From: a virus
Taxonomy: Duplodnaviria > Caudoviricetes
DNA: 64,000 nt
Virus record (IMG/VR): IMGVR_UViG_3300028886_000001
Reading direction: 5' to 3' (one strand)
The notes beneath the pieces were generated by a model, which was given only the letters and a program-made list of their open reading frames with translations, was not told where the DNA came from and did not search any database. The position numbers were made by a program, and so were the translations under genes. Below are positions 38,417 to 48,613 of this stretch, piece after piece. Positions within the stretch are counted from its first letter, which is position 1, and the number at the start of each line of letters is the position of its first letter.

Positions 38417-39475
38417 ATGGGATTATATAATAGAGATAGATTCCTAAGATATATATCTGAAGCAGATGATGATGACGAAAATACTTATACTATGGGTAGT
38501 GCTGATGATCCTGATGATGATACAAATGATACTGGAGACAATAATCAGGACGATACAAACCAAGATAATAATGTAGATAATAATACTAATGATACACAAG
38601 ATGACAATACCGATACTGGATATAGTATGATATCTGCTGATGATCCTGATGATGATACAAATGATAATCAGAATAATAATACAGATACACAAGATAATAC
38701 TAATGATGATAATAATCAAACTAATGATACAGATAGTTATAATATGATATCTGCTGATGATCCTGATGATAATACAAATGATACTGGAGACAATAATACA
38801 GATAATAATCAAGATGACGCAGATAGTTATAATATGATATCTGCTGATGATCCTGATGATAATACAAATGATAATAATGGAGATGACAATGCAGATGGTA
38901 ATGATAATGCTGGAGATGGTGATGATTACACTATGGGTAGTTCCGATGATCCAGACAACCAAGACCAAGACAATACTGATGGGAATACAGATAATACTGA
39001 TTCCGATAATGGAGATGATGATAGCTATAATATGGGGTCTGCAGATGATGATAACAGTGATACAGATGATACTAATACTGGAGATGATAATACTGATGAT
39101 GTATCAGATGATACTGGAGCAGATCAAGATAAGATTAAACAAATAGAAGATGATTTGTTTAAGGATTTAACTCCAGAACAATTAGCTATTAAAAATATGG
39201 AGTTAAAACAAAGATACTTGGAATTATATACTGTAATAAATGATATAATCATAAGAGTAAATAAGATTCCTAAGAGAAGTTATAATATAAAAGTATTAGA
39301 GTTTACTGGATTGAAGTTAGTAGAGTTAAGAGATTTAGTACAAACTTATCTTACTTATACATTCAACACTAAGACCTATATAGAGAATACTATAAATTAT
39401 CAACAATACTTAGCTACAATGTCTACTATTAATAGTCTTTTGAGGGAAATAACACCTAAAAATCCAGAAATATAG
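38417..39475 (+). CDS. Asp/Asn-rich repeat protein, probable prohead core/scaffold
   Basis: Six YxMxSxDD(P)D repeats in a D/N/T/G tract, helical C-terminal domain, directly upstream of capsid gene. Confidence 0.6.
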   Translation: MGLYNRDRFLRYISEADDDDENTYTMGSADDPDDDTNDTGDNNQDDTNQDNNVDNNTNDTQDDNTDTGYSMISADDPDDDTNDNQNNNTDTQDNTNDDNNQTNDTDSYNMISADDPDDNTNDTGDNNTDNNQDDADSYNMISADDPDDNTNDNNGDDNADGNDNAGDGDDYTMGSSDDPDNQDQDNTDGNTDNTDSDNGDDDSYNMGSADDDNSDTDDTNTGDDNTDDVSDDTGADQDKIKQIEDDLFKDLTPEQLAIKNMELKQRYLELYTVINDIIIRVNKIPKRSYNIKVLEFTGLKLVELRDLVQTYLTYTFNTKTYIENTINYQQYLATMSTINSLLREITPKNPEI

Positions 39476-39499
39476 GTTGAAGCCCAGAAAAGGCAATAT

Positions 39500-39511
39500 A
39501 ACAATATAATA
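39500..39511 (+). promoter_or_regulatory. Putative late promoter AACA-N6-TA
   Basis: AACA-ATATAA-TA before capsid gene. Confidence 0.65.
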
Positions 39512-39571
39512 AGCGTTATAAGCTGAATACAAAATAAAAAATAAAATTTTTATGAAAGGTGGTAGTTGTTT

Positions 39572-41302
39572 ATGCCAGTTATAGGTACAAGACCAAGTGA
39601 TAAAAGAAACAATGGCAAAGGTTATTTAAAAGATCCAATGTGTAAATTAACTGAATCTTTTTTAAACGTTGCCCAAGATATTGTAAATGAAAATTCTGTA
39701 GATATGTTCAGACATCCTGATATGGCTCTTATGAGAGGTACTGCAAGTAGAGACGCTATGAAGAATTTCTTCTGCAAAAACTCTTGCGATAGATCTAGCA
39801 TGGATCCAGAAGAATATGATGATCATATGGAAATGATGAGCGAACAATTTGAAAATGATTGTGATGGTTTATCATCATTTAATGAATATGCTTCAATGAA
39901 TACTTTCAACCCAGTTATTGGTATGATGTTCCCAATACATAAGAATTTACTTATGAACTGTATCTTTGATAAAGGTGCAATTCCTAAAGTAGTAATGAAA
40001 TCTCCAAAAGAAACAGTTACTATGGAAACTAGATGGTTAGTTACTCCAAAGGGAGAAAAGATAGATCTTTATAGAGATCAAAGAAAGATAAGTGATGCTG
40101 TTCAAAGCACAAACCCATTTGTAGAAGTTCCAGTTATCTTACCAGAAACAGGAACTACAGATGTATTAGCTGCTATTGGTGGTAGTTCTTTAGATAATTT
40201 ATCTATTGAAACTTCAATTTCTGCTATAATGGTTGCAGAAGACCCAGCTCATAAATTAGCTGATGCTTCATCTGAAGAAGATAAGAAAGCTGCTTTAGAA
40301 GCAGGTACATGGATAGATGTAGATATGCAATTCGTTACATCATATATGGATTATGATAGAAGTGTTATCGACCATGTAACTTATGATGATGGTAAAGGAA
40401 CAGTTAAGACTATTTGTATTTCTGCTACAATGAAGGATAACAAATTCCAAGTTGTAGATATGCAAGGAAATGCTTTAGCTGTTAAGATTAAAGCAAGATT
40501 AGATAGCTCAAATGCTATGCTTGATACTTGTAAAGTAGAATGGTCTGCTAGAACTGACTTAATTGAAGTTGGACCTGGTATTCCAATAAACGTACCAATC
40601 TCTCCTGAAGAAGTTAAAGATATTGGTGCTTTATATCAAGTTAACCAATTAACTAAGATTATGTCTATGATTAAATTAGTTATGGAAAATACTAAGGATG
40701 ATGATATCAAAGGATATCTTGATCAAAACTTTAATACTATGCCAAAGACTGATAAGATTCACAGAGTATTTGACTTTGCTCCAAGAGAAGGTTATATGCT
40801 AGACCATGTTGAATGGAGACATAAGACTTTCTTAGATGCATTAGATACTTATGTAACAGATATGCTTACAGTATTAAATGATCCAAACATGACTGTTACT
40901 ATATTTGGTAGACCAGATATCATAAGAAAGATTACTCCTACTGAATATAGCTATCAAAGTCCAAATAGTATAGGACCTGTTGAACTTGAATTCAACAAGA
41001 CTATAATGACTTCTGATAAGAGAGTATATCAATTCATGTCTTCAACTAAATTAAATGGTTCAAATGAATTAATTATAATTCTTTGCCCAAGAAATAGTGA
41101 TAGAATTATATACAGAATTTATGATTATCAAATGTATGTATCAAATGAAATCAGAAATGCTGCTAATCCTTCATTACCAGCAGTTCATGCTTTCCAAAGA
41201 TACAAAGTATGGAGTTACCAACCAGTTCAAGGAAGAGTTACTATCTTAAACCCAACTGGATTAAAAGGAGCTTACGACAGCTTAGGTTTCTCAGGTGTTT
41301 AA
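39572..41302 (+). CDS. Major capsid protein precursor
   Basis: Position after protease and scaffold genes, size, optimised codons (TTC, AAC, GCT), late motif, strong terminator; start taken as ATG 39572. Confidence 0.7.
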   Translation: MPVIGTRPSDKRNNGKGYLKDPMCKLTESFLNVAQDIVNENSVDMFRHPDMALMRGTASRDAMKNFFCKNSCDRSSMDPEEYDDHMEMMSEQFENDCDGLSSFNEYASMNTFNPVIGMMFPIHKNLLMNCIFDKGAIPKVVMKSPKETVTMETRWLVTPKGEKIDLYRDQRKISDAVQSTNPFVEVPVILPETGTTDVLAAIGGSSLDNLSIETSISAIMVAEDPAHKLADASSEEDKKAALEAGTWIDVDMQFVTSYMDYDRSVIDHVTYDDGKGTVKTICISATMKDNKFQVVDMQGNALAVKIKARLDSSNAMLDTCKVEWSARTDLIEVGPGIPINVPISPEEVKDIGALYQVNQLTKIMSMIKLVMENTKDDDIKGYLDQNFNTMPKTDKIHRVFDFAPREGYMLDHVEWRHKTFLDALDTYVTDMLTVLNDPNMTVTIFGRPDIIRKITPTEYSYQSPNSIGPVELEFNKTIMTSDKRVYQFMSSTKLNGSNELIIILCPRNSDRIIYRIYDYQMYVSNEIRNAANPSLPAVHAFQRYKVWSYQPVQGRVTILNPTGLKGAYDSLGFSGV

Positions 41303-41338
41303 AATATAAATTTATACTGAAACAACACAAATATAATA

Positions 41339-41375
41339 CAGTCTACAGTCGAAAGGCTGTAGACTGATTTTTTTT
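41339..41375 (+). terminator. Strong intrinsic terminator with GAAA loop
   Basis: CAGTCTACAGTC-GAAA-GGCTGTAGACTG then T8. Confidence 0.85.
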
Positions 41376-41398
41376 ATTTAAGGAGGTTAAATATAGTT

Positions 41399-42553
41399 AT
41401 GGATAGAATAAGTTATAACTTTGCTGAATTAGAAAGTGCTGTTAGTGGAGTTAAGAATGATCAATCTGCTTATAAACTAAATGAACTTAAAAGACAGCTT
41501 AACAAATTCTTTAAAGGTTCTGAGTGTAAAGATGTAATATATACTCAGAATACAGATAAGTTCTTTTTCGGTATGTGTGTTATGCCAGTAATAAAACCTA
41601 ATGATGCTGTCGCTATATTGGGAGATCCAGATGAAAGAAACAAGTATATTATAGAAAAATACTATGTAGAAATAGATTCTAAGTTATTAGAACTAGGAAT
41701 GTCTACTAAAGAATTAACTGCTATATTATTGCATGAAGTAGGACATCTTGTAAATGATTCTATACCTGCTGTTACTGTAAGAAATATAGTAGATAATTTC
41801 TTAGCTAATACAGATGGAAGTTTCATAGTACAAAAGATAGATGCTGCTAATGCTTTATTAGCATTTGGTATTAAAGATGCTATGAGAAAACTTACCTCTA
41901 TATTCTATGTGGGTAAAGATGAAATAATAGCTGATGAATTTACTGTTGCTTGTGGATACGGTAGATATCTTGAATCTGCTTTTGATAAGATCATAAGAAA
42001 GAGTGGAAAGATAAATAAAGATACTACTAATAAACTAGTATTACTTCAATGGACTTTAAGGATATATTCAAGTCTTAAGACAAGAAGAATTGCATTATTA
42101 CATGCATTAAAGAGAGGTAAATTAGGTACAGGCTCTTCATTAGAAAAGAGAGAAATGGAAAATATGATTAGATATATAAATACTATCAATCCAGCAGATT
42201 TAATATCAGAATCTGCTATTGGTAAACTACTATCTAATAAGTATAAAGACTTTAAGTTTAAAGGTATAAGAGCATTAGAAGATGACTTATATGAATATAG
42301 CTTAAGATGTAAGAATGTAAATGATGAAGAAGAAGCTATTGCTATAATAAGACAAATGAACTCTAGAATAGGTATGATAGATGATTATCTTATGACAGAA
42401 AAATTATCTGATGCTGAATCTAAGAGATGGCATGAGTTATCTAGTAAGTATAGAATGCTTAGAGAAGAACTTGCTAAGAAAACAACATATTCAGAAAAAT
42501 TCTATGGATTATTTGTTCAAACACCAGTTATAAAGAGTAGATACGAAATGTAA
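41399..42553 (+). CDS. Zincin-like metallopeptidase, probable virion protein
   Basis: ELTAILLHEVGH, EIIADEF. Confidence 0.75.
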   Translation: MDRISYNFAELESAVSGVKNDQSAYKLNELKRQLNKFFKGSECKDVIYTQNTDKFFFGMCVMPVIKPNDAVAILGDPDERNKYIIEKYYVEIDSKLLELGMSTKELTAILLHEVGHLVNDSIPAVTVRNIVDNFLANTDGSFIVQKIDAANALLAFGIKDAMRKLTSIFYVGKDEIIADEFTVACGYGRYLESAFDKIIRKSGKINKDTTNKLVLLQWTLRIYSSLKTRRIALLHALKRGKLGTGSSLEKREMENMIRYINTINPADLISESAIGKLLSNKYKDFKFKGIRALEDDLYEYSLRCKNVNDEEEAIAIIRQMNSRIGMIDDYLMTEKLSDAESKRWHELSSKYRMLREELAKKTTYSEKFYGLFVQTPVIKSRYEM

Positions 42554-42554
42554 T

Positions 42555-42590
42555 AATAAGAGTAAGCTAAGTGCTTACTCTTATTTTTTT
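42555..42590 (+). terminator. Intrinsic terminator (GAGTAAGC family)
   Basis: AATAAGAGTAAGC-N5-GCTTACTCTTATT plus T tract. Confidence 0.8.
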
Positions 42591-42626
42591 ACGTCACTTC
42601 AGACATTTATATAGGAGGTGATTGAT

Positions 42627-42767
42627 GTGAGAAAATCAGATGAAATAATATTTACATCAATGCTTATTATTGGGGCTATAGTTGTAATTTTATTATTTTT
42701 GTCGGTGTTAGGAGGAATTGGTTATGCAATTTATAAAGGTATTATATTACTAGCTAACTTAATTTAG
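42627..42767 (+). CDS. Small membrane protein (46 aa)
   Basis: Not in ORF track. GTG start behind AGGAGGTG; MRKSDEIIFTSMLIIGAIVVILLFLSVLGGIGYAIYKGIILLANLI. Confidence 0.7.
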   Translation: MRKSDEIIFTSMLIIGAIVVILLFLSVLGGIGYAIYKGIILLANLI

Positions 42768-42783
42768 GAGGATTTTAATAATA

Positions 42784-42933
42784 ATGGGATATAAATATGA
42801 AATTTTATATAAAAATTATGAAGGAGAACCAGTTTATAAATCTTATCGAACTGAAGTATTAATTAAAGCTATATTAAAGCTAATTTCATTGATACCAAAG
42901 TTTGATATTGTAGATTTTAGATATAGAAAATAA
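42784..42933 (+). CDS. Small hypothetical protein (49 aa)
   Basis: Not in ORF track. AGGAGG SD; MGYKYEILYKNYEGEPVYKSY... Confidence 0.65.
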   Translation: MGYKYEILYKNYEGEPVYKSYRTEVLIKAILKLISLIPKFDIVDFRYRK

Positions 42934-42981
42934 TTATTTTTTATGTGTGTATTAACACACATGTAGTTCAATATATAAGGA

Positions 42982-43761
42982 GTGATTAAAATGGCTTTAG
43001 GAAGTCAAAATACAAACAATAACGGAAATGGAAAAGGAAATTATCAACAAGAATCTTATTCAGCATATGCATTTACTAACCCATCATCTCAAGTAGATGC
43101 TACTAAATTATCTATCGGATATTGGAATAAACTACTTAAATTATCTATAGCTCCACTTAAGAAAGCTGGAGATAATGGATATAATGAATGGGATTATGCT
43201 AATGCTATGACATTATATATACCACATACTAAAGCAAGAATACTTTATAATGAAATAATGTTATTCTTAAATGATCCTAAGAAGTATAATAATGTAGGTA
43301 TTCCTTTAAAGAAAGGATGCATACTAGTATCTAATGGTACTGAATTTGGAACTACTAATCCTGTATTAGTAATGAAAGATATATCAGAAGATGGTACAGT
43401 AAATGCAACATTCTGTTATGAATTTAATAATTTCAATTACGGAATGAGAAATGTAACTGAGTCTTTAGACTTTGATAAGAATACTTATGAATTATTAGAA
43501 CTTCAAGAATTAGCTGATGTATTAAATCAATATTATTTAGCTATGACTGGAGCATATGCATATTCTGTTAGAGATGAATTGAAGTATGACTTCTCACCAA
43601 TAAATACTAAGATCGGTTTAATAGCAGAAAAACTTGGTGTTGAATTCAAAGGTGGTAATAATAAATCTAGTAATAAGAATTCTAGATCAGTATTTGACAA
43701 TAAACAACCAAAATCTAATAATACTTCATTAGAAGACTTAGAGAATGAATTAAACTATTAA
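42982..43761 (+). CDS. Putative single-stranded DNA-binding protein
   Basis: Beta-rich core, N/S/G linker, acidic tail LEDLENELNY; late motif at 42954-42965; function weakly supported. Confidence 0.45.
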   Translation: MIKMALGSQNTNNNGNGKGNYQQESYSAYAFTNPSSQVDATKLSIGYWNKLLKLSIAPLKKAGDNGYNEWDYANAMTLYIPHTKARILYNEIMLFLNDPKKYNNVGIPLKKGCILVSNGTEFGTTNPVLVMKDISEDGTVNATFCYEFNNFNYGMRNVTESLDFDKNTYELLELQELADVLNQYYLAMTGAYAYSVRDELKYDFSPINTKIGLIAEKLGVEFKGGNNKSSNKNSRSVFDNKQPKSNNTSLEDLENELNY

Positions 43762-43803
43762 TTTATAATAAGGTATGATTAAGTTCATACCTTATATTTT
43801 TTC

Positions 43804-44469
43804 TTGAAAGGTGGTATTGCAATGGGAACAACACTAAATAATGTATTGATAGATTTCAATATGGTAATAGATACTGATATTGGTCTATTAAGATTTATGC
43901 TTATGAATGGTTATAGTGATGATTCTTTCTTTAATAAAAAAGTAAAGAATAAAGAACAAAAAGATTTAATTAAGTTATTACAAAATAGGGATGAAGCTAA
44001 TCCATTATCACTATTCTTTAGAAAAGATAATGAAGCTATATATTCTCAGAGATACAAGCTATATAATGAATTCATAGATACTAATTATAAAGATATAATA
44101 GACTTATCTATAAAGACAAGCATGTTTGATTTGTGTAATATATGGAAGCAACTAGGAGAAATAAGACCTACTATATTATGTAAAAATATAGAAGAAGAAC
44201 ACTTAATTGAAAGCAAAGATAAGAACCTTGCTACTGTTATTTCTAATTATGAAGATATAGATTTAGATAAATACGATTCAATATTTGTAAAAGATTGTTA
44301 CAAACTATTAGACTTTCCAACAGATTCTCTTTATAGAAAAGGAATATATGTAGCAGACTATGCTTTTAATCATGATACAACTAATAGAGATTTAATCTGT
44401 ATGGATGTAGCTGAATGTATTTGTTTATTTAACGAATTCAAATTCATTTGGATATATACTGAAGATTAA
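43804..44469 (+). CDS. Hypothetical protein (possible degenerate HAD fold)
   Basis: N-terminal VLIDFNMVIDTD. Confidence 0.55.
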   Translation: MKGGIAMGTTLNNVLIDFNMVIDTDIGLLRFMLMNGYSDDSFFNKKVKNKEQKDLIKLLQNRDEANPLSLFFRKDNEAIYSQRYKLYNEFIDTNYKDIIDLSIKTSMFDLCNIWKQLGEIRPTILCKNIEEEHLIESKDKNLATVISNYEDIDLDKYDSIFVKDCYKLLDFPTDSLYRKGIYVADYAFNHDTTNRDLICMDVAECICLFNEFKFIWIYTED

Positions 44470-44488
44470 TTTTAAGGAGGAATTATTA

Positions 44489-46204
44489 ATGGTAATAACA
44501 AACGTTGTTAAGAAAGAACAACTAAGAAAAGTACAATTAGAAACTTTAAAATTCTTAAGTGATTCTGTAAAGAATTCCTATGGTCCAATTGGTTCTAATA
44601 CAGAAATATTTAGACCTGATTCTTTAAATAAGTATACTAAAGATGGTCACTCTATCTTAGAGAGTATACAATTCAAAGGAGAAATAGAAAGATCTGTACA
44701 AAGAGATATAACTGACATTACTAGACATGTAGTAAAGACAGTAGGAGATGGTACTACATCAGCTTCTATGCTTGCTTATGATATATTCAGTTCTCTTATA
44801 GATATAGAAAAAGGTGGTAAGTATACTTCATATGAAATTATAGCTTTATTAAAGAAGACTGTTGCTGATATAAATAAAGAGATATTAAGTAATGCTAAAG
44901 AATTTACTTCTCAATCTGCTTATGATATTACTTATATATCTACTAATGGTAATGAAGAAATAGCTAATACTATGAAGATGATATATGATAAATTTGGTAA
45001 AGATGTATTTATAGATGTAGCTATATCTAATACACCAGATAGTATGATTAAAGTATATGATGGTATGACTCTACCAAAAGGATACTGTGATAGTGTATAT
45101 ATAAATGATGCTAAGAATGGTACTTGTACTTTAAGAAATCCAAAGATATATACTTTTGAAGATCCTATAGATACTCCAGAAATGTTTAGTTTCTTTAATA
45201 CTATAATAGATAAGAATATATTTGCAGCTTATTCTCAAGATAGTAAAACTGCTCCTGTTCCTACAGTTATTATAGCTCCACATATATCTAGAGATAGTAT
45301 ATCTTATATGGATCAGCTTAATAACTTCTTATGTAGATTTACTGGAGATTTATTAGCTTCTAAACCACCAATACTATTAATAACAAATGCTGATCATTTA
45401 GATCAACTAAGCGATATTGCTAAAATGTGTGGATGTAAAGCTATAAAGAAATATATTAACCCAGACATGCAAAAGAAAGATATAGAAGCTGGACTAGCAC
45501 CAGACTTAAATACTATATTAGATTTCTGTGGTACTGCTGATGAAGTAGTTTCTGATCTATCTGCTACTAAATTTGTAAATCCTAAGATGATGAATAATGA
45601 AGATGGTACTAGAAGTACATTCTTTAAAGCTCATATAGAATTCTTAGAATCAGAATTAGCTAAAGCACAAGAAAATAGCGAAGATGCACATGTTATTGGT
45701 ACTTTAAAGAGAAGAATAAACTCTTTAAAAGCTAATATGGTTGAATATCTTATTGGTGGTATCTCTATGTCTGATAGAGATAGTCTTAGAGATTTAGTAG
45801 AAGATGCTGTATTAAACTGTAGATCTGCTGCTAGAAATGGTGTTGGATTTGGAGCTAGTACTCAAGGATATCTAGCTACTTTAAAATTATATAATGATAA
45901 ACTTAAAGAATCAGATGAAGTAGATATGCTTACTACTATACTATCTGCATATAAGAATTTATTATCATCATTATATTCTACTAAGTTCAATACTACTAAA
46001 TGTGATGAAATAATAAATCTTATAGGAGAACATGGTATTCCTTATAATATTAAGAGTGAAAAAGAAGATGATAAGATACTTTGTTCTATAACTACAGATT
46101 CTACTATACTAGAAGCTGTATGTCAAATAGTATCAATCATGTTTACTTGTAACCAATTCTTATGCTCAAATATTAATGAAAATAAATATTTAATATCACA
46201 ATAA
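44489..46204 (+). CDS. Phage GroEL-like chaperonin
   Basis: SYGPIG, YTKDG, VGDGTTSA, VEDAV. Confidence 0.9.
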   Translation: MVITNVVKKEQLRKVQLETLKFLSDSVKNSYGPIGSNTEIFRPDSLNKYTKDGHSILESIQFKGEIERSVQRDITDITRHVVKTVGDGTTSASMLAYDIFSSLIDIEKGGKYTSYEIIALLKKTVADINKEILSNAKEFTSQSAYDITYISTNGNEEIANTMKMIYDKFGKDVFIDVAISNTPDSMIKVYDGMTLPKGYCDSVYINDAKNGTCTLRNPKIYTFEDPIDTPEMFSFFNTIIDKNIFAAYSQDSKTAPVPTVIIAPHISRDSISYMDQLNNFLCRFTGDLLASKPPILLITNADHLDQLSDIAKMCGCKAIKKYINPDMQKKDIEAGLAPDLNTILDFCGTADEVVSDLSATKFVNPKMMNNEDGTRSTFFKAHIEFLESELAKAQENSEDAHVIGTLKRRINSLKANMVEYLIGGISMSDRDSLRDLVEDAVLNCRSAARNGVGFGASTQGYLATLKLYNDKLKESDEVDMLTTILSAYKNLLSSLYSTKFNTTKCDEIINLIGEHGIPYNIKSEKEDDKILCSITTDSTILEAVCQIVSIMFTCNQFLCSNINENKYLISQ

Positions 46205-46211
46205 CAAATAA

Positions 46212-47039
46212 TTGATGTCGATAGCTGGCATGCTATCGACATATTTATTTAAGAGAGGTGTATTTGAATATATGGAGATGACATTCGATAATTATATAGT
46301 AAACCCTATGGGTATAAAGAATTCAGTATTTTCACAAAGAGAAATGTATAGAGAACTATACAGACAAAAGTTAGATAAGATATTAGTAAGAGAAGGAGGA
46401 AAGGTTAATTATAAATTATATAAAGATAAAGATAACTATTACGTTTGGTTTAAAATACCATCAGAAGTTATATCAAATTTTTATTATGATGTAGTAATAA
46501 AGTTTATACCTAAGTCTAATGCAGTTAAACTTACTAAATCATTAAAAGAGTATAATGTAAAGTTTTATTCTAATGACCCAGCATTTGTATTTACGTTTGC
46601 ATATGCTATGGAAAAGAATAAATTATTCATAGATGAACTAGCTCCAGTAATGAGTCAGGAAGCATTAAAAGAAAGAGCAAAAGAAAGGAATCCTAAATCA
46701 GAAGTAGGATATGTAAAATCATTATTCTTTGCTTATCTATTAATGAGACAATATAATCTATTTGACAAGTTATTATATGAAGAAAACGGGATATCTTTTA
46801 ATATCAAAGAATTATTATCTAAGATAACTCCTGCTGATAAGAAGATTAGAGATAGGCAAGAAGCACAGATAGAGCTTAATAAGAAAAATAGAATAGCAAA
46901 AGCTAAAGAAGCAAATAAAGAAAGAGACAAAGAAATGAAAACAACAAATAGTACAACTACATCTAAAATGACTAAGAATTTCAATATCAGTAAGAAGTCT
47001 AAAACTGTAGGAAGAATAAAAAGAACAAAGAAATTTTAA
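46212..47039 (+). CDS. Hypothetical protein with basic C-terminal tail
   Basis: Likely true start MEMTF behind GAGGTG; FYYDVVIKF, FYSNDPAFVFTFAY. Confidence 0.7.
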   Translation: MMSIAGMLSTYLFKRGVFEYMEMTFDNYIVNPMGIKNSVFSQREMYRELYRQKLDKILVREGGKVNYKLYKDKDNYYVWFKIPSEVISNFYYDVVIKFIPKSNAVKLTKSLKEYNVKFYSNDPAFVFTFAYAMEKNKLFIDELAPVMSQEALKERAKERNPKSEVGYVKSLFFAYLLMRQYNLFDKLLYEENGISFNIKELLSKITPADKKIRDRQEAQIELNKKNRIAKAKEANKERDKEMKTTNSTTTSKMTKNFNISKKSKTVGRIKRTKKF

Positions 47040-47051
47040 ATTATATATTAT
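47040..47051 (+). promoter_or_regulatory. Putative early promoter
   Basis: ATTATATATTAT directly after the upstream stop codon. Confidence 0.7.
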
Positions 47052-47056
47052 TATAC

Positions 47057-48595
47057 ATGGAGGGGATAGAATTGCAAAAGATATGGAAATATGTACCTAC
47101 ACAAGAATTCATAAAAATAGATGATTGGAAACCAGAAGAAGAAGACAAAGTATTTAAACACGTTAAAAGGGCAATCATATTGCCAATACAAGAAGTATTA
47201 GGTTTAGAACCAGGAACAGCTGATTTTCTTGATAGTTTTGTGTTGCCTAAGAAAGGACATAATTCAATAAAGATAAGAAATCACATGACACATTATTTAA
47301 ACTATTTTGAAAAATTCTATGATCAAGATCATGAACTTTTAACAGTATATTCACAGATAAAATATATCATGGATATAAAGGTTAAATATTCAGAAGATCA
47401 GTTATTCTTTGATATTAAAAGATATCTATTCAATCCGTCATTAATGCTTAAATTAAGATTCTTAAATGACGATAACTATTGCTTAAATCTTACTTATGTA
47501 AATAAGAAAGAAGCAGCATTACAATATACTAATAGACATGCTAAGATGCTAATGAAACTTAGTTTTATGATGTTAATGGCATTACCATTGGTAAACCATT
47601 ATTCATATATTCATAAGAAAGACACAAACTTCTTAGTATTGAAATTATTTGATGAAGCATCATTGATGTTCTCATCTGTAGATATATATAGTAAACTATA
47701 CGAAACAGCATATAGTAATATATCTAATAATGAAAAGGTAAATCCTATATGGCAAAATCAAGATATTAGAGGTATAAATGTTACAACTCATACTCTAGCA
47801 TCTGTACGTAATATCATTGTCAATATAATACCTAAATATGTATACAATATGAATATAATCAATATGAACTTCGCTTCTATAAAGAAGAATATTGGTTATC
47901 AGATAACTGATATCAGTTATGAATATGAATTTAGACCTTTATCATCTACTAATAGAGATGAAGATAATAATAGTGAATATGATAAATTTGAATCATATCT
48001 TACTAAGTTTAATGAATCTGCATATCTATTCAATAAAGTAAATGGTAAATATGTATATGATTGTATAATGAAGGAATTTGGTCCTATAAGTAAGAAGGAA
48101 TATGATCTTTACTATTCTGAACTAGCTAAAGCTACTAATAGTGAAATAGTTCATCCATTCCAAGAAGAATTAGTATTCTATACATTCCTTGATAAATTTA
48201 GTGATCCTGCATGTATAAGATCACTACATAGAACGGATTATGTTAATCTCGTAATATGTGCTAAACGATATTTATTAAAGAAGAACTTCACTATCTTACC
48301 ATATATAGTGGGAGGTAGAATATTAAGGTTGGTTACTAAGAAAGGTTTAACTGATCAAATATTTACTAGAATGTCTAAATCGGAAGAATATAAACTCATT
48401 ATAGAAAAGTATGGTGATAATAACCGTGCTTTAATAGATTATATGCATTCTTTATGGGCTACAATCATGGCATCGGATTTCTCTGTCATAGATTCAGAAC
48501 GTAAAGAGATAAATGGAAAGTTAATAAATAAGGGTATAAACAATGTTCAACAAATTCTTGAAGAAGAACTTATGAGGTTTACTCTTATGATATAA
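47057..48595 (+). CDS. Putative nvRNAP promoter-specificity (sigma-like) subunit, AR9 gp226/phiKZ gp68 type
   Basis: About 500 aa, helical, own early promoter, two genes downstream of the chaperonin (AR9 gp228/gp226 order, from recall); probable TTG start at 47072. Confidence 0.5.
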   Translation: MEGIELQKIWKYVPTQEFIKIDDWKPEEEDKVFKHVKRAIILPIQEVLGLEPGTADFLDSFVLPKKGHNSIKIRNHMTHYLNYFEKFYDQDHELLTVYSQIKYIMDIKVKYSEDQLFFDIKRYLFNPSLMLKLRFLNDDNYCLNLTYVNKKEAALQYTNRHAKMLMKLSFMMLMALPLVNHYSYIHKKDTNFLVLKLFDEASLMFSSVDIYSKLYETAYSNISNNEKVNPIWQNQDIRGINVTTHTLASVRNIIVNIIPKYVYNMNIINMNFASIKKNIGYQITDISYEYEFRPLSSTNRDEDNNSEYDKFESYLTKFNESAYLFNKVNGKYVYDCIMKEFGPISKKEYDLYYSELAKATNSEIVHPFQEELVFYTFLDKFSDPACIRSLHRTDYVNLVICAKRYLLKKNFTILPYIVGGRILRLVTKKGLTDQIFTRMSKSEEYKLIIEKYGDNNRALIDYMHSLWATIMASDFSVIDSERKEINGKLINKGINNVQQILEEELMRFTLMI

Positions 48596-48613
48596 AAAGG
48601 GGGTATTAATATA

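Noticed and set aside
38444-39146. Ile/Met-rich ORFs 38444..38968 (-) and 38847..39146 (+)
   Set aside because: Shadow frames of the GAT/AAT-rich Asp/Asn tract; no SD
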